Source: Lingula anatina
Lineage: Eukaryota; Animalia; Brachiopoda
Assembly (NCBI GenBank): GCA_051362555.1
Contig: CM120641.1
Location: 14,074,001-14,138,000 of the forward strand
Direction of reading: 5' to 3'
DNA length: 64,000 bases
The position numbers and the translations under genes were made by a program. Below are positions 1 to 13,300 of this stretch, piece after piece (the first letter of the stretch is position 1; each line of letters begins with the position of its first letter). A model generated the notes under the pieces. That model was not told where the DNA came from and made no database searches. It worked only from the letters and a program-made list of their open reading frames with translations.

Positions 1-1329
1 TCAAAATATAGTCAGAATGTTGTTTTTGCTGGTAACTGATCACACTTCCTTTAATCTTGCTACCATATTTAGTGGGGACAGAGGGAAGAGTAATATCGGG
101 AATTACAGACAGTAAAAGAAAATCTGCATGTTCATCTCTCAGTTTGTCTTTGATATCAACTATACTTGGCAACTTTGTCCTAACTGGATTACTGAGGGTT
201 GACTTTATGGTAGACGTTTCCTTCTTGGGATCAAGTCTGTTGTATCCTCTGAACTCTAAACAACTGACTTCAGCCCCTCTGATTTTCTGACCCCTTGGTT
301 CATGCCAGGTCTGTCTCATTGATGTTTTTACTATATCAGTTGGCACTGCTGATAATTTTAAAGATGAATAATGAGCCAATTGATAAAGAGTTGCTGTTAC
401 ATGTCCACAAGACTTGCTCAGACCAATTGGACATGTGCACTTGGCAAAAGTGACATCAAGGGGTAAATTCTGTAGATAAATTTCCATAGTATGGGGGGAT
501 TCACTCTTTTTCATTGACCTGTGACACCCTGCAGTTACTCTGCATCCTTCGGTGGTGGAAAAGACTGAAAGTGGGGAAAAAACTGACATTGTAATGGTTC
601 AAAAACTAATCTTAAATATCGTGGCAGTATGTAGTTGGCAGATAATATGCTGAGGTATTACTTATAAGTGTACCAAACTTCGGGGAAAATACGCTTACTA
701 GTAGGTTTACGTGTGTGAAGATGTATATGATACACAAATATAACAGTTAAATGAAAATAGGAACTCATTCCTGTCTTCTCTCGATTAAAAAACATTTTAA
801 CTTGGTTGGAAAATGCTCTAAAATAACGCTTACATTACCATTTATAAGTCAGTATCAAACGTCCGCCATGGCGTGCATAAGTAGCACTATCAATCCGAAT
901 GTGCAACAAAAGTCACACGATCGGGAAAAAAGAATGAAAAATACCCGAACAATGTACTATCCAATGAGTAAAAAAGGGGTACAAAGAGGGCAGTAAAAAA
1001 AACGAGACAATATACCGAAGAATTTTCAGCAGATCGATCTAGTGTTTAACTACAGACAAGTTCGAATTCAGTGAACTGATAAACTTTTACAAGCAAGCTG
1101 AAAAAGATTACTCACGTTTGATGTTGTGCACGTACTGTTCGCTGAAATATTTGAACCCTTTGTTCAAATTCTTCTCTCCCAAGCTAGCAACATGTCGACG
1201 AACATATGACTCTACAAATCCAAAGCTTATTTCTGGCATAATAGATAAATCCCGTGTAGAGCATGTGGCTTCCATCGCTTTATTTGCCCACCTAGCCTCG
1301 CTTTGAAATTGGGTCATAGGGTCATGCAT
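1..1329 (-). CDS. Spliced SWIM zinc-finger protein (N-terminal part), probably the accessory ORF (SWIM + YqaJ-like exonuclease) of an ISL2EU/Harbinger-type DNA transposon; runs off the left edge
   Basis: Exon 1 is 1329..1116 (ORF-track MHDPMT...YVHNIK, donor C|GTGAG). Exon 2 starts at 564 after TTTCAG in matching phase and stays open to base 1: FSTTEGCRVTAGCHRSMKKSESPHTMEI...AKCTCPIGLSKSCGHVTATLYQLAH...KTSMRQTWHEPRG. The CxC-x7-CxH SWIM motif and the RSMKK and TS..Q.WH.PR motifs match my recollection of this family. The YqaJ domain itself is not in the window. Confidence 0.7.
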
Positions 1330-1357
1330 ATTAATTAGGGAATATTAAGAAGACCCT
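1..1357 (-). mobile_element. End of a probable ISL2EU/PIF-Harbinger-superfamily DNA transposon
   Basis: Carries the SWIM ORF. CpG-containing sequence fades after ...AAGAAGACCCT|AT (1357), a plausible terminus with an AT target. The other terminus is outside the window, so the TIR and TSD cannot be confirmed. Confidence 0.45.
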
Positions 1358-3625
1358 ATTAAGCATTGTAATCAATAGTTAGATATTAATAAACATTTTT
1401 CAGTCTGAGTTAAGAATATGAAGAGATTATGAGGAAACTTAATCCCCATAGTGCATTACTTCAAAGCATATTAACGAACCAGCACACAAAAGATTTTGCC
1501 AGTGCAAAGATATGAAATTTCTATGGAACTGAAATGACAGTTATGGGTTTTCAAGTGGAAAATATTGCAAACATTACTGCTCTTTAATGATTCCCTCTAA
1601 TCTGAAAATTTGCCTTTATTCCATGGTCAGAGCTGTATTAGGTATTGTTCTCTGTACATTCAGGTGCACTCTCTAGATATCTGAATAAACTAGATAAACA
1701 ACCCATCTACTGCTATCCTTAATTCAGTCATTACCACAATTCAGTTATACAATAAAGACAGATAGAAGCGAGACAACACATTGCAGGTGAGAGCTGGTTG
1801 GAAAAAATACAAATCACTTGCTAACCTAATCAATATCACATAGGATGCATGTGAATTATTTGCTTTGAAATAAAAAAAATTTTTAAGGTCTGGGATTTAT
1901 TCCATAGGCAAAATACAAAATATGCCCATGGCAAAGCTTTGTGATGAATAAATATAGAACATATACCTTTATTTTCTTCTGCGACGTAAGATTTCTTTCA
2001 AATGTTTTAACAGAAAGAAACTGGAAAGGAAACACCAACAAACAATGCTAATTTTGTTAAATAATAGTAAAAGAATATATAATGACTGTAAAAATACAGG
2101 TCTTGAACTGAAAATAAATGCAACACAAAACCTTATATTACTTATTCACAAACTGGAGATGAAAATCATAATGACAGTAATGATGTTGGTTTAAAAAGCA
2201 AGAAGGCAAGAAATCGTTTCAAGACAACAAAACAAAGGTCTGCCTCAATGCCAGCCCATAGTTGGTACAGTACAGGACTTATTGCCCATATACTAGTGAA
2301 GATGCCAATCTAGAACAGATAATATCAAACCAGTCGACTTAATAAGGGAATGGGCTTATTTATGTCCAACAGAAAACAATTTAGCATTGCTAACAAAAGC
2401 CAATGAACAGTATTTTAATTTAGTGCAAATGGCTTGGAGACTTTCATTTTCAAATGTTTCCCTGTTAGTGGTGGCCATACTATATCCAATTATTCAGCTT
2501 TAAAACCCCACATTTGTGGCCTGTAGGTGTGTTTGGTATTATTAGTTGGGTATAATAGTAGAAGATTCAATGCTGTTTCAATGTTATCTCCAACTGAAGT
2601 CTTCATATGGTACTTATTTATCCTACAATTTATGCCAACAGAAGCTTGCCTAAATGAAAGGATATAAAGTAGTATTACCAAAGAAAGCCCAGTTTATAAG
2701 GGCAGTAAAGTCAAAACAGTAAACTGGACATCTTTTAGGACTGCATGTTTGAAAAAAATTATCACAAAAGAAAAAACAACACTATGCTGTCAGTTTCTAG
2801 TATAGAAGACAATCCCACAATTTCTTTCAAATGGCCATCACATGTACCTATAGAACCAAATGACAGGTGGTATTTAAAACAGAAATGTTCAACAAATAAA
2901 AAATCCACTTGCTATTTGGTTTTCTTCATGTAGCATTCCTTTTTTTATATTTCAGGTCAACTGTGCTTTAACATGAATTATGTACATTTCTAGGTGGGAA
3001 TGTCCTTTCTAGCTAAAAAACAGGAAAAGAAAAATACACCTCTCTTCTTTTATGTGGTTTTCTAGATACCACAAATATAACTTGGTCTCAATCACTGCTT
3101 ATTTATATCATAGCCACCACTTATTTTCTCATTCTCACAACTCTCGTACTGAGCATGATACTAAAGCCCTGCCATTTATATTTTTTGTTTAATCTCATCA
3201 CAGCTAGCCAGGGCATACAAGGACCAATGTTTTCCTTGTAAATGTTTTTCAGATGTAGCAAGGGGCAGCAGTAGCTTAAAGGGCAGTTGGCTACATGTCT
3301 GCCTGGGGTATTTCTCATTCAACTGCTAATATAATATAGGACCAAGTAGCAATGGAAGCAGTTTTGGGCAAATACTGTCACGTCCCAGAGGTACACACAT
3401 AAACACATACAGTTACAAATACATTGATGCACCCAAACTTGCATACAAACACATACAAAAGCATGGAAACATATACTTCTCTTCAATACAAACTTGAATA
3501 GTCAGGTTATTTCTGATATCTATGCAAACAGAATTTATGGTCTTCCTATCTTTCTTTCAGATTTTGCAACGAGACATGCCAAGACCAAGATTATAGTGGA
3601 TAATCTGAACTGAGAGCGGATAACC

Positions 3626-4420
3626 ATGACATACATCAACCTGCAACTCTTTTATGTTGGAGTTTTGGCTCCTGCCATCCTGACAGTGCTTCTCTTCATA
3701 GGCTTTCTCATCTGTTGGTTTAAGTGCAAATTTGGAGACAAACTGAAAGAAAAACTACCACAAGCATGTCACAAAGTAGGCATCCAAACATGGAGTGCAG
3801 AGAACACTGCCACTATAAGCAGTCTGTCTGTTCAATCTCTACCAAGGTCTTCAAACCTGGGACCAAGATATGATTTTAAAGCAGTTGACCACACAGACTG
3901 TATCTCCTGCTCCTCACGGGATGCCTACATAACCCTCATCACAGAATCAACCAAGAGACAGCAGAAGCAGCAGCAGCAGGGAATTAATGATAAATCGATG
4001 AGTCACAACACAGCATCTTCAAGTGTAACGACAGCGACAAGTCCCAGCTATGTGAATCAAACTTATTTTATTAACACTGTGACCAGCAGGGAACACTCCA
4101 TCCCAGTGGATGAACCCATAGAGACAGATGATAATAGTGAGGAAAACCATGTGCTCTACCAAGCAGCACTGGATACTATACGCAAAGGTGTCCCTGTGGA
4201 CAGGCCCATCTCTCCTCTAGATGATAGGGACAGTATGGATGCTGAAAGGGCAGACAATCAAGCCAATGCAGCAGTTGTAGCAATAGATGAGGAAATTAAA
4301 TACAATCAAGCTATCAATTTATATGCTTCAGAGAATTCTGACAGTTTCGATTTATTGTTTCATCAAAAGAAGTCTCCTCAAGCAGCAATTCATGAATCAC
4401 ACGGGATTGAAGAAAGCTGA
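3626..4420 (+). CDS. Uncharacterised single-pass membrane protein (264 aa) with a long low-complexity cytoplasmic tail
   Basis: Intact 795-nt ORF. Hydrophobic segment LFYVGVLAPAILTVLLFIGFLI is followed by CWFKCK and basic residues. A splice acceptor (TCTTTCTTTCAG) ends at 3560, upstream in the same exon. Confidence 0.65.
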   Translation: MTYINLQLFYVGVLAPAILTVLLFIGFLICWFKCKFGDKLKEKLPQACHKVGIQTWSAENTATISSLSVQSLPRSSNLGPRYDFKAVDHTDCISCSSRDAYITLITESTKRQQKQQQQGINDKSMSHNTASSSVTTATSPSYVNQTYFINTVTSREHSIPVDEPIETDDNSEENHVLYQAALDTIRKGVPVDRPISPLDDRDSMDAERADNQANAAVVAIDEEIKYNQAINLYASENSDSFDLLFHQKKSPQAAIHESHGIEES

Positions 4421-6120
4421 TAGATAGTATGACTGGATTCACAGGAGGGGGGTTAATTGAACAGCAATACTGAATTCACAGGAGAACAGCAAAAACTGGG
4501 AGGCAGAAAAGTTTGGAGTAATTTCTGATTATCAAGGAGCTAGAGGCTAATACAGCCTCAATACCATGAACTGGGTCAACTTGAATTTTGTCAAGTCCAA
4601 AGTTTTAAAAATCCATACAGAAATTTAGGGTTTAATCAATTAGGAACAAGACTGGCTGAACAAAAAATACTTTCTTTGAATGAGGCAAATGGGTCAAATT
4701 TGAATGAGGCATAAAATGCCCATATTAGTAATAAAACTAAAAGTGTATTTCATAAAGAGTCTGACAAAAAGGCTGCTTTCAGTCATTTTTCAATATCACA
4801 CACAATAAGCGATGTATTGATAATGTGCTGCAACATGAAGATATTGTGCTTAACACATTGTTTTATTATTGACAAAAAGAGAAGTAAAAAGGTTGAATGG
4901 ACACTGCTACATATTGGTAAAAATACCCTTGTACTAGCTAAATTAATGATAATTTAGTTAAGATTGTATACCAGGTGCACACCAGTAAGTCAATGTTTAG
5001 TCAATTGGCTTAAAAGTTCTAATCTTGATGGGATATACATTTTTATAAAAGAAAAAGTAATGCACAGTAAGTGCTCAGATATGTCAGAAAGACCCATTTT
5101 CTGATGGTAATTGCACACAGCCAGCCAAGTGTCTGCTATCCACATCAGAGGATGATAAATGACATGAATTTGCCTCAATTACAATGACAGTAGATTTGTC
5201 ATTTTCCTCTAAAGCTTAATATAATTAGGTACAAAATAAACTTGTCAGAATGTACACTAGAAAGTAAGCCAAGATGTATAAAAAATCTGCTGGATTTGCT
5301 GGATTTATGTTAATAGAAGTCATCAATAAGGATGCTGTGTGTGACATGTGTCTATATTTCCTTCACAGTCAATTGCTTTTTCAGTAGCAAACCCATGACA
5401 GAAAGAGACCACTATGATAAATATGCTCATTTGAATTCACTTAAATTAGTTGTATATAAACACTTTTTATTGCAAATCAATCATATTATTTATGTTATTA
5501 CAAAATGTGGACCCAAGCATGTGCCATGTTACAAATTCTAGTCTTAGTTGTAATGTTGGTGAAGAATTGTAACTCTGTCATAGTAGGCAGATCATATTGT
5601 AATACAGTTAAACTGACTTTCTATGATAAATTATTATTAATAAAAAAACTTAAAAAAGCATTTTGTTTATCTAGACCTATACCAATTGTGTCCTTATGAT
5701 CATTGGAAAAAATTATTTTAAAAACACACTTCTTTAATAAACAAATTATTATTACTCCATCCATTTAAAATATATTTTACTTGTATTTTGTTTTTTAGTA
5801 AATTTTAGATTTTTGAATTAAGGTTAGATATTAAATACATCACTTTTAAATCACAATTCTGATCTCACAAATATATGGACTCTGTATGAGGGAGTGCCAA
5901 CTTCTTTCCCATGGTTCTTAGCTTACATGAATCAGGAGAAAATACCTGACATTTTCTTCCCTGCTAATTGGGCGTAAGCTGAGAGACAGATATGCTGGCT
6001 ATCAAATTACAGTAAACAACCGTGACATGGGTAAAGATAGAAACTTCATATGCTGCTGCTCAAACACAGTTTTCGACAAAATATGTTTTTAAAATACACA
6101 AAGCAACAACAACAGAAACA

Positions 6121-6226
6121 CACAAGGGATTTTAAAATAGTCGAAAAATGTAGAAAAGGGATCTTTTCTACAATACTGATCAACGGCTACAATGAATTTT
6201 TCTAAAAATTAAAATAAAATTTATTT
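6121..6226 (+). repeat. ~105-bp dispersed repeat, second copy at ~7535-7640
   Basis: GATTTTAAAATAGTCGAAAAATGTAGAAAAGGGATC...GGCTACAATGAATTTTTCTAAAAATTAAAATAAAATTTATT recurs with a few substitutions at ~7540. Confidence 0.8.
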
Positions 6227-7303
6227 GATCTATAGACATCATCTTTTTTTTAAATTTTCATTGTTTAAGCTTCATTAATAATTTCAAAAAGTAAAAAACA
6301 ACTCTGTACAATATAATTTTGGTTTCAAGAAGTTTTTTTTTTTTTTCGAAAATAAAGGATAAATATCAAAAGTTAGATTAAAATAAATGAAAAAAAAATT
6401 CTTAAGACACATCCAGCACAAGACAAAGCGGTTTTCAGACTAACTCTAGAAAGTACACAGCCTGATTGCAATAAGCATATTAGTCACTCTAGGCAGCCTG
6501 AGTCACACACCCCCCCCACCCCCACCCCACTTCCCACCTACCCTACTCTTAGTGAGATTGGTGCAATGACACTCTGCCATTTGCCCTGGACTAACCCTAC
6601 AAACAGTTGTAGATGACTAAGTGCTTAGCTTTCTACTTCCTAGCTTTCTATTCCTAAATGCCACTTACGTGTTGCTAACGCTGCCAAGTGATGACGACCT
6701 TAAATCAACATTACAGCGAAGAATCTGTTTTTCTGCCAAATTACTAACAAATGGTTGCCAAGAAAAATTAAATTAAGATATTTTACTTAATTTATTGATC
6801 TTTGTTTAGCCCCTATCACTGGTGTAGTACATAATGTCAACAGAAACTATAGATGTATCCTATCTGCATTTGAAAAGTCATATTTTCAATGTCTACATTT
6901 TCTGAACAGCTCCTCATCTTTCCCAAATCAGGCCCCTTGAAATAAAAGTAACTGATGCTGCTTTTTTCTTCTGCAATATACAGAACACATGGTGCTCTTA
7001 ATGACTGGACAGTCATTTAGAACTAAATTATTGAATTTGAAATGGTACAGAACATTGAATCCAAGTGTAGGAATGAGTCAAGCGATGATTTGTGAGTAGG
7101 TTTTTTCTTTGAGGAAGAAATTCAATTTGGCAGTAAAAGTCTACACAGGGTAAAATTATAGTCCAGAATATCTGAAGTACAATGAGCAAAGAAGATACCT
7201 GATAATAATAATAAGGAAACAAACTAAACACAACTAAAGCAACACTGTGAAAAGTCCTGCACAACCAAAATAGTCACAGCAATCACAATGCAAAAGAACT
7301 CAC

Positions 7304-10300
7304 TTGTGGTTAGCCTCTGTGTTGCTTCTTCATAAACTGCAAAACAATCTGCTTCCATCCTTTCCATTGCAGCTAAAATTTGACCAAGAAAATAAGCTTT
7401 TATTTCAAATATTATTGTTTTTAAGTATAAGCAATGTATTCCTACACAATGAAAGATATATAAATATTAAGAATTTAATCAATGAAATCACATATTCACT
7501 GGGACCGGTATTTTATTTAAAAATATTGAAGTAACAAAGAGATTTTAAAATTGTCGAAAAATGTAGAAAAGAGATCATTTTCCACAATACTTATCAATGG
7601 CTACAATGAATTTTTCTAAAAACTAAAATAAAATTTATTCTATTTCAAAAAAAATATTGTAGTGACAATTTCTTTATCAAAAAAGAAAAAATTAACATTT
7701 TAATGATACATAGTAAATAAACTTTTTTTCAATGACATTTTTTCAAAAAGTATTACCTGATCTGAGTTTAAATCCATGGAACTAAAAATGGACTCATCAT
7801 GTTGAATGAAAACATACTAAGCACCATTTTTACATTATACCTCTTTCTAAAATTCATGAAGTGCCTTCCTAATTCTTAGTAATGCATACACTATAGATTT
7901 CAGATGATTTTAAGAAAAACCGTCATACCCATTATTATAACATAAAACTGAAACTTGATATTACACATCAGGAAAACATTCATTGGGGACACCATCTTTT
8001 CTAATTTTGTAGTGCAAGATTGTGTGACCAAATGAGAAAATGGCAAGGTCACTTGAAGCTTGTACATTCTTAAGTCATGTCTCTCAGCTAAGTGTGTGGC
8101 TGTGCAAATAAACCAAGGGCCAGTGTTTTTGAAAAGAATTTTCTCAAAAAAAAAGACATCTAAAAGTACACTGGCTGCATAACAAAAAATTGGTATTTTT
8201 GGTAGAAGTAATAGGACCTGCTGATCTGGAATCTAAACAGTATACAGGGGAGGTAATAGTCTATCTGTCTTTTTATATGCTTGATGACAGAGTAACGATT
8301 GAATGTGTTAAACTGTGTCTTAGATGAATTATTTCACCCCTTGTATAACTAACTATTAGTTGTTTGTATGCGGGATAATCATTCTTGACAAATAGCTCTC
8401 ACCTTACTGATCATCAATATTAATACCTTAATTTCTTGCATCAATATAGCAAAAGCTTGGTATAATGCTATTCTTCCATACCTGTTTGTTCCTTTTTTGA
8501 GCTGCCGTCAACTAATGGCTTGATATTCTGTCTTGCCAATGCATCCCATGTCAGCTCTTTGTCTCCATGAAGCTCAATTAAACTAAAAAAGGACACCAGC
8601 TTGAGTCAAATTTTCTTACATAAATTTATTTTATTGTAAATAATTATGGTAAAATTTGATCGTAAATCATGTGGAGCATTAGGAATATGGCAAACTTACT
8701 CATGCAGTATTTCCTTTTGATGGTCCTCTGTGAAACTGAACAACTTGCTTATTTCTAGGAATGACAAATGGAACTTCACATCTTAAAAACAAAAAAAAAG
8801 AAAGAAAACAGTCAAGTTTTATCTGTAAATCCACACATATTCATGCAAACAGAGCCAAATAATCACAAGATATAATAATAACTATTTAAACTGACTACAA
8901 AGTTGAAAATGATTAACAGTAGCACCAATTTTCAATCATCTGAGACAACTGTTTTTAACCCAGAGGTAGAAATGGGGACATTTACAAAATTGAGACAATC
9001 TATGTTGAACAGCTGACCTGATCTTTTTTTGCATAAAAAAGCCTTTTGTAAGATAGATTGTGAACTCAACTTTGAGCTATGTAACCAATCTTTATACCCT
9101 TCTTTATACCCTTCAAGGCATTTACTCTTACCTGAACATATTTCCAAAGCATTCTTGTATACCACAGGAGATATTTTGTTTTGCAATACTGCATCTGATG
9201 TCTCATTTCCCTGTCAGATAAGAATTATTTAATGACATAACTGATGGTGCAACACTTCTGTATGACAGCATTAGTGCCCATAAAGACTAGTACTTTTTGC
9301 CAGACTTAACAGAAAAATGTAACATACTAGAGATATAAGTTAAACTGAATTTATCACTATTTGTGAATAATCCCCCACCCTCATCTGCACCCTTACGCCT
9401 TTGTTGAAGGCAATTTAAAAAACAAATATGTCAAGTTTCTATGCCTAACTTTGATTGGCACTTGCAAAAAGCGATCTGCATTCTTGAATTTTCTGGTTGA
9501 ACTACTTATCACTTTTTGTTCAAAATGTACAAAAATAACCACTTTCACCTTCATAAGTAAATCATAATCAGTAATCAGTAAACTCACCAAAAAACTCCTG
9601 GAGAGATATGTGTTAAAAATAAGGTGGTTCTGCCCATCCCTTCCCCTTGTAATCACATTCACACTTCTGTTACACAGATAAATTATAGTCTTTCTCAAAG
9701 ACCTAACAACAATGAGCTACATACTACATACTTGATATGTGAATCAAGTTAGTTTCGCAGACAATTAAAACTTTTCAAATATCCTTTGCCCTGGTGGTGG
9801 AAGCAAACCAATTTACAGTTTTTAACCAAATTGGGTCTTGCATTTTTTATGCAAGTTGTGTGTACCTCATCAAGACTGGTTCCAAGAATCTTTAACCTTT
9901 TCTTAACCTGAAAAACAAAAGTTTCACAAAAAATTTTTTAAAACTTGTTATATAAAAAAAATTAAAAAAAAAAAACATTAAGCAATTTATATATTTTATA
10001 AAAATAATTTGCTCAATACGATAGCCTACTTCAACTGTTTTTTTAAACCAACATTTACCAATTATATTCTCTAATAAAATCACATACAAAGAAGTATACT
10101 CACTTTATCAGCGTACAGCAGCTCCATCCTATAGTACTGAAATAAAAATAATTTTATTTGTAACTCCATTTAACATAAACTTTTCAATACACCAATCACA
10201 GAACTAGCAATATATATGTGGACAGTGAAATGTAAACTGTTTAATATCAAGGAAACACCCAGTACAATTCAATACTATCAATAAAATGTCTCTCATAACC

Positions 10301-13300
10301 TAGTAAGTCTTTATCAACAAGAAGCTCATGCCAGCTGTCATATTCTTTTAACGTTTTATGCTATTTGGATTAGATAATAATTTTTTAATGGTTAAGTGAA
10401 AAAACATGTACCTCTAGCCACAATACTTGTGAAGTTGGGTTAAATCTCAGTCCTCTCTGGAGTAGATTCCTGGCATTATCTGTTGATTTATTGTCTTCAA
10501 ACTCCCACTTGGCTGCCATAACCCAAAGCTCTATTACAAACCATAGGTTAAAATTTAGTTTTATAATAGGGCTCTCAGACATACAGCATCAATTTTGAAA
10601 TATCTCTAAAACATGTATGAAAGATCATGACCAAATCAACAGAAACCATTTGGACTTTTTTGTTTACTAAAATGCTCTTAAATATTTGTTGTTGAATATT
10701 CCCAATTCAAAAAGTCAAAGTAAAATTGTGATGATAAGCTTTAACTGTGCTGGTTGTCAAATTATGCTGAATGAAATAAATATATCAATAGTACCTGGGT
10801 TCTTGTTATGGACTTGGAGCATTCTGGTGAAAATCTTGCTAACAGAAGACTTCTCATGCTAAAAAAAGAGTACACAAAAGAGTTTTGTCAACAGACAATT
10901 TATAATTACTGAGTCTGATGTGAAAGTTTTGATACATTTTCCTTCATGTCTCATGTCATCATCAATTAAGTCATTATTTTAAAAATCAAAATATCTAATT
11001 GCGTTTTCCAGATAAAATTATAATAGTTTATATTTGTAATCATCTAACACATTATAAGCCTGCTCACACGATTTCAAATTTCTGCATTTTTCACTACAAA
11101 TGTAATTTAAAGATTTCAGCAAGGTTTTCAATTCATCTAACAATTATCAAGAAAAACAGTCTTTATAAATTGATATAAAATATATAACCCACATTGTCTT
11201 TAAACTATAATATAATAATTTATGTTTTATCAAAGTATGATTACAAACTGTTGTGGACCAATGAACTGATCTTTATCATTTTTCCTGTTTCACACACTGA
11301 TATTACAGACTACAAAATGCATTTCTAAAACCCATCCAATTCAACTTACCCTTTTCTTGCTAAAGGCAATGTGCGATAACCATAACTTTAAATCATCCTA
11401 GAATAGGTAGTAAAAAAATATGAACCATTTAACAACTGTAGGTTCAACAACAAAACAAAAATGTGAATCATATGAATTAACCTAAAATAATACATAAAAT
11501 ATATAAAATTGAATGAGATTGTGTGGGATTTGGAGGAGTGAGATCAGAAATAACACCAAACTAGCAAGTGCAGTGCAGTAACAAATACAATTTGATAAAA
11601 TATATTCACAGATATTTTTAGTTGATTTCTCTCAAATTCTGTCAAATTAGTGTAGTGCAAAACAGTGTTTTGTGAACCACTTTGTGTTGCTGATATAACC
11701 TGTGCTTTGAGTTTCAACCTTATCGATGAAAAGTTAATCCTGCTCGTCACAGATTTTTGCACATATTCTGGTCTAGTATGAAGCTTTCCACCACCAAATA
11801 ATAAATCAGTATAAAAAGCTGTACTTTTAAATGTAAGTTTGTAGATCATTGGCTCCATTCAGAACAGCAGACTAACTAGTCCACGGGACAAATATGGAGA
11901 CCGATTAAAAAGTTTGCTGTCTAATCCGCTGATAGACACTGAAAAGATTCCCTGTGGGAAAGTATTCAAGTGGGTCCACCATATTTGACCCGTGGACTAC
12001 TGTGAATATGGCTATTTACTACCAAAATGCACCAAAAGAGTTAAACTTACACAAAAACTGCAAGATATTTTGCTAAAATAAATATCTAGAATTTTCTATA
12101 ACACCTTATGTATTACTGAAGGTTTACCATGACTCTCTGGTCTGGATAAATGGCAACTGTCATACGTATGTACCAAGAATGTTAGTAGTGTGTAACTTCT
12201 GTAAACTTTGAATTAATGCAAAAAAAGCTTACCTGAAACCTATAAATAGCCAACTGGAAGACAAATAAAGTAATATAACTACATGTTATGTATGTTGCAT
12301 AGTCAGTTTACAACATGAAATATGGGACTATAGACACAATATTCTTTTAAGTGCCAGTACTGCTTCAATTAAAATGTACTCGTGCATTTATCCACCCTTA
12401 GGCATTTTATTTTAGAAGTGTAGACTAAGATAAAGAATGTATTTGCAAGCAGTGTAGCTCTTATACCAGGAGTCTTGTCAACATACCCTAAATAATCGAT
12501 GTATTCTTTGTATTATGGACACATCAATCTCTTCTCTTTTAAACATGTAACCAGTTCTCTGGGAACAAATATATAAACACTATTATAACAATTTTATACA
12601 TATAAATTGAATTTACACATTTCTTGCACTTACATAGCAAATAAGAATCACAATCTTTCTGACAAACCATAAGAAATACATATTCAGTAACATTTAAATG
12701 TATCTATAAAAATCTACTGTGTTTGGTACAATGTCTGAGCTTTCAACTTGTTTGCCTTCTTCAGGTACTCAATGGTTTAAAGGAATAATAACTCTTCGTA
12801 TGAAATATATATTTCACTATAAAAACATTGTAAACAACTCATAGAAATATAATATATTCTGTTTTACCACAAAAACGGCAGTTATAGCTATTATTCTGAT
12901 ATCTGAGCTTGACTTTAGACCATGTGACCTCCATTGCTGGGTATACTCTGTTGAAATCTCTTAAGAGATTTTAACAAAAAACCAAACTTTTTAGAAAAAA
13001 ACCAGGGACTAACTTTGAATGTAAAAATGGATTCATTAACCATTGGTAAGTATAAGAAAATTGTTGTTTACTCCAGGAAAATTCATTTTTTGGCCGAAAC
13101 GAAGAGTTTTTATCCCTTTAAGCAAAGCCATGTAACATTTCGCCATGCCATGCTTTTGCAAAATCTACCACATGCAAACAGCTGTTTAACTGTACAAGCA
13201 AAAAAAAAAAAAAAACGACAAAAAAAAATTACTTCTCTTCTCTTCCTAACAAGTGACAGCAGATGGATCTCATACTGAAACAAAGAAAAAAAATTTTTTA

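Noticed and set aside
3611-3613. In-frame TGA as selenocysteine
   Set aside because: No redox-motif context and no SECIS recognised downstream; a nonsense change or 5' UTR is simpler.
4990-5178. Minus-strand ORF as a missing UTP6 exon
   Set aside because: No convincing UTP6 similarity and no compatible splice sites identified.
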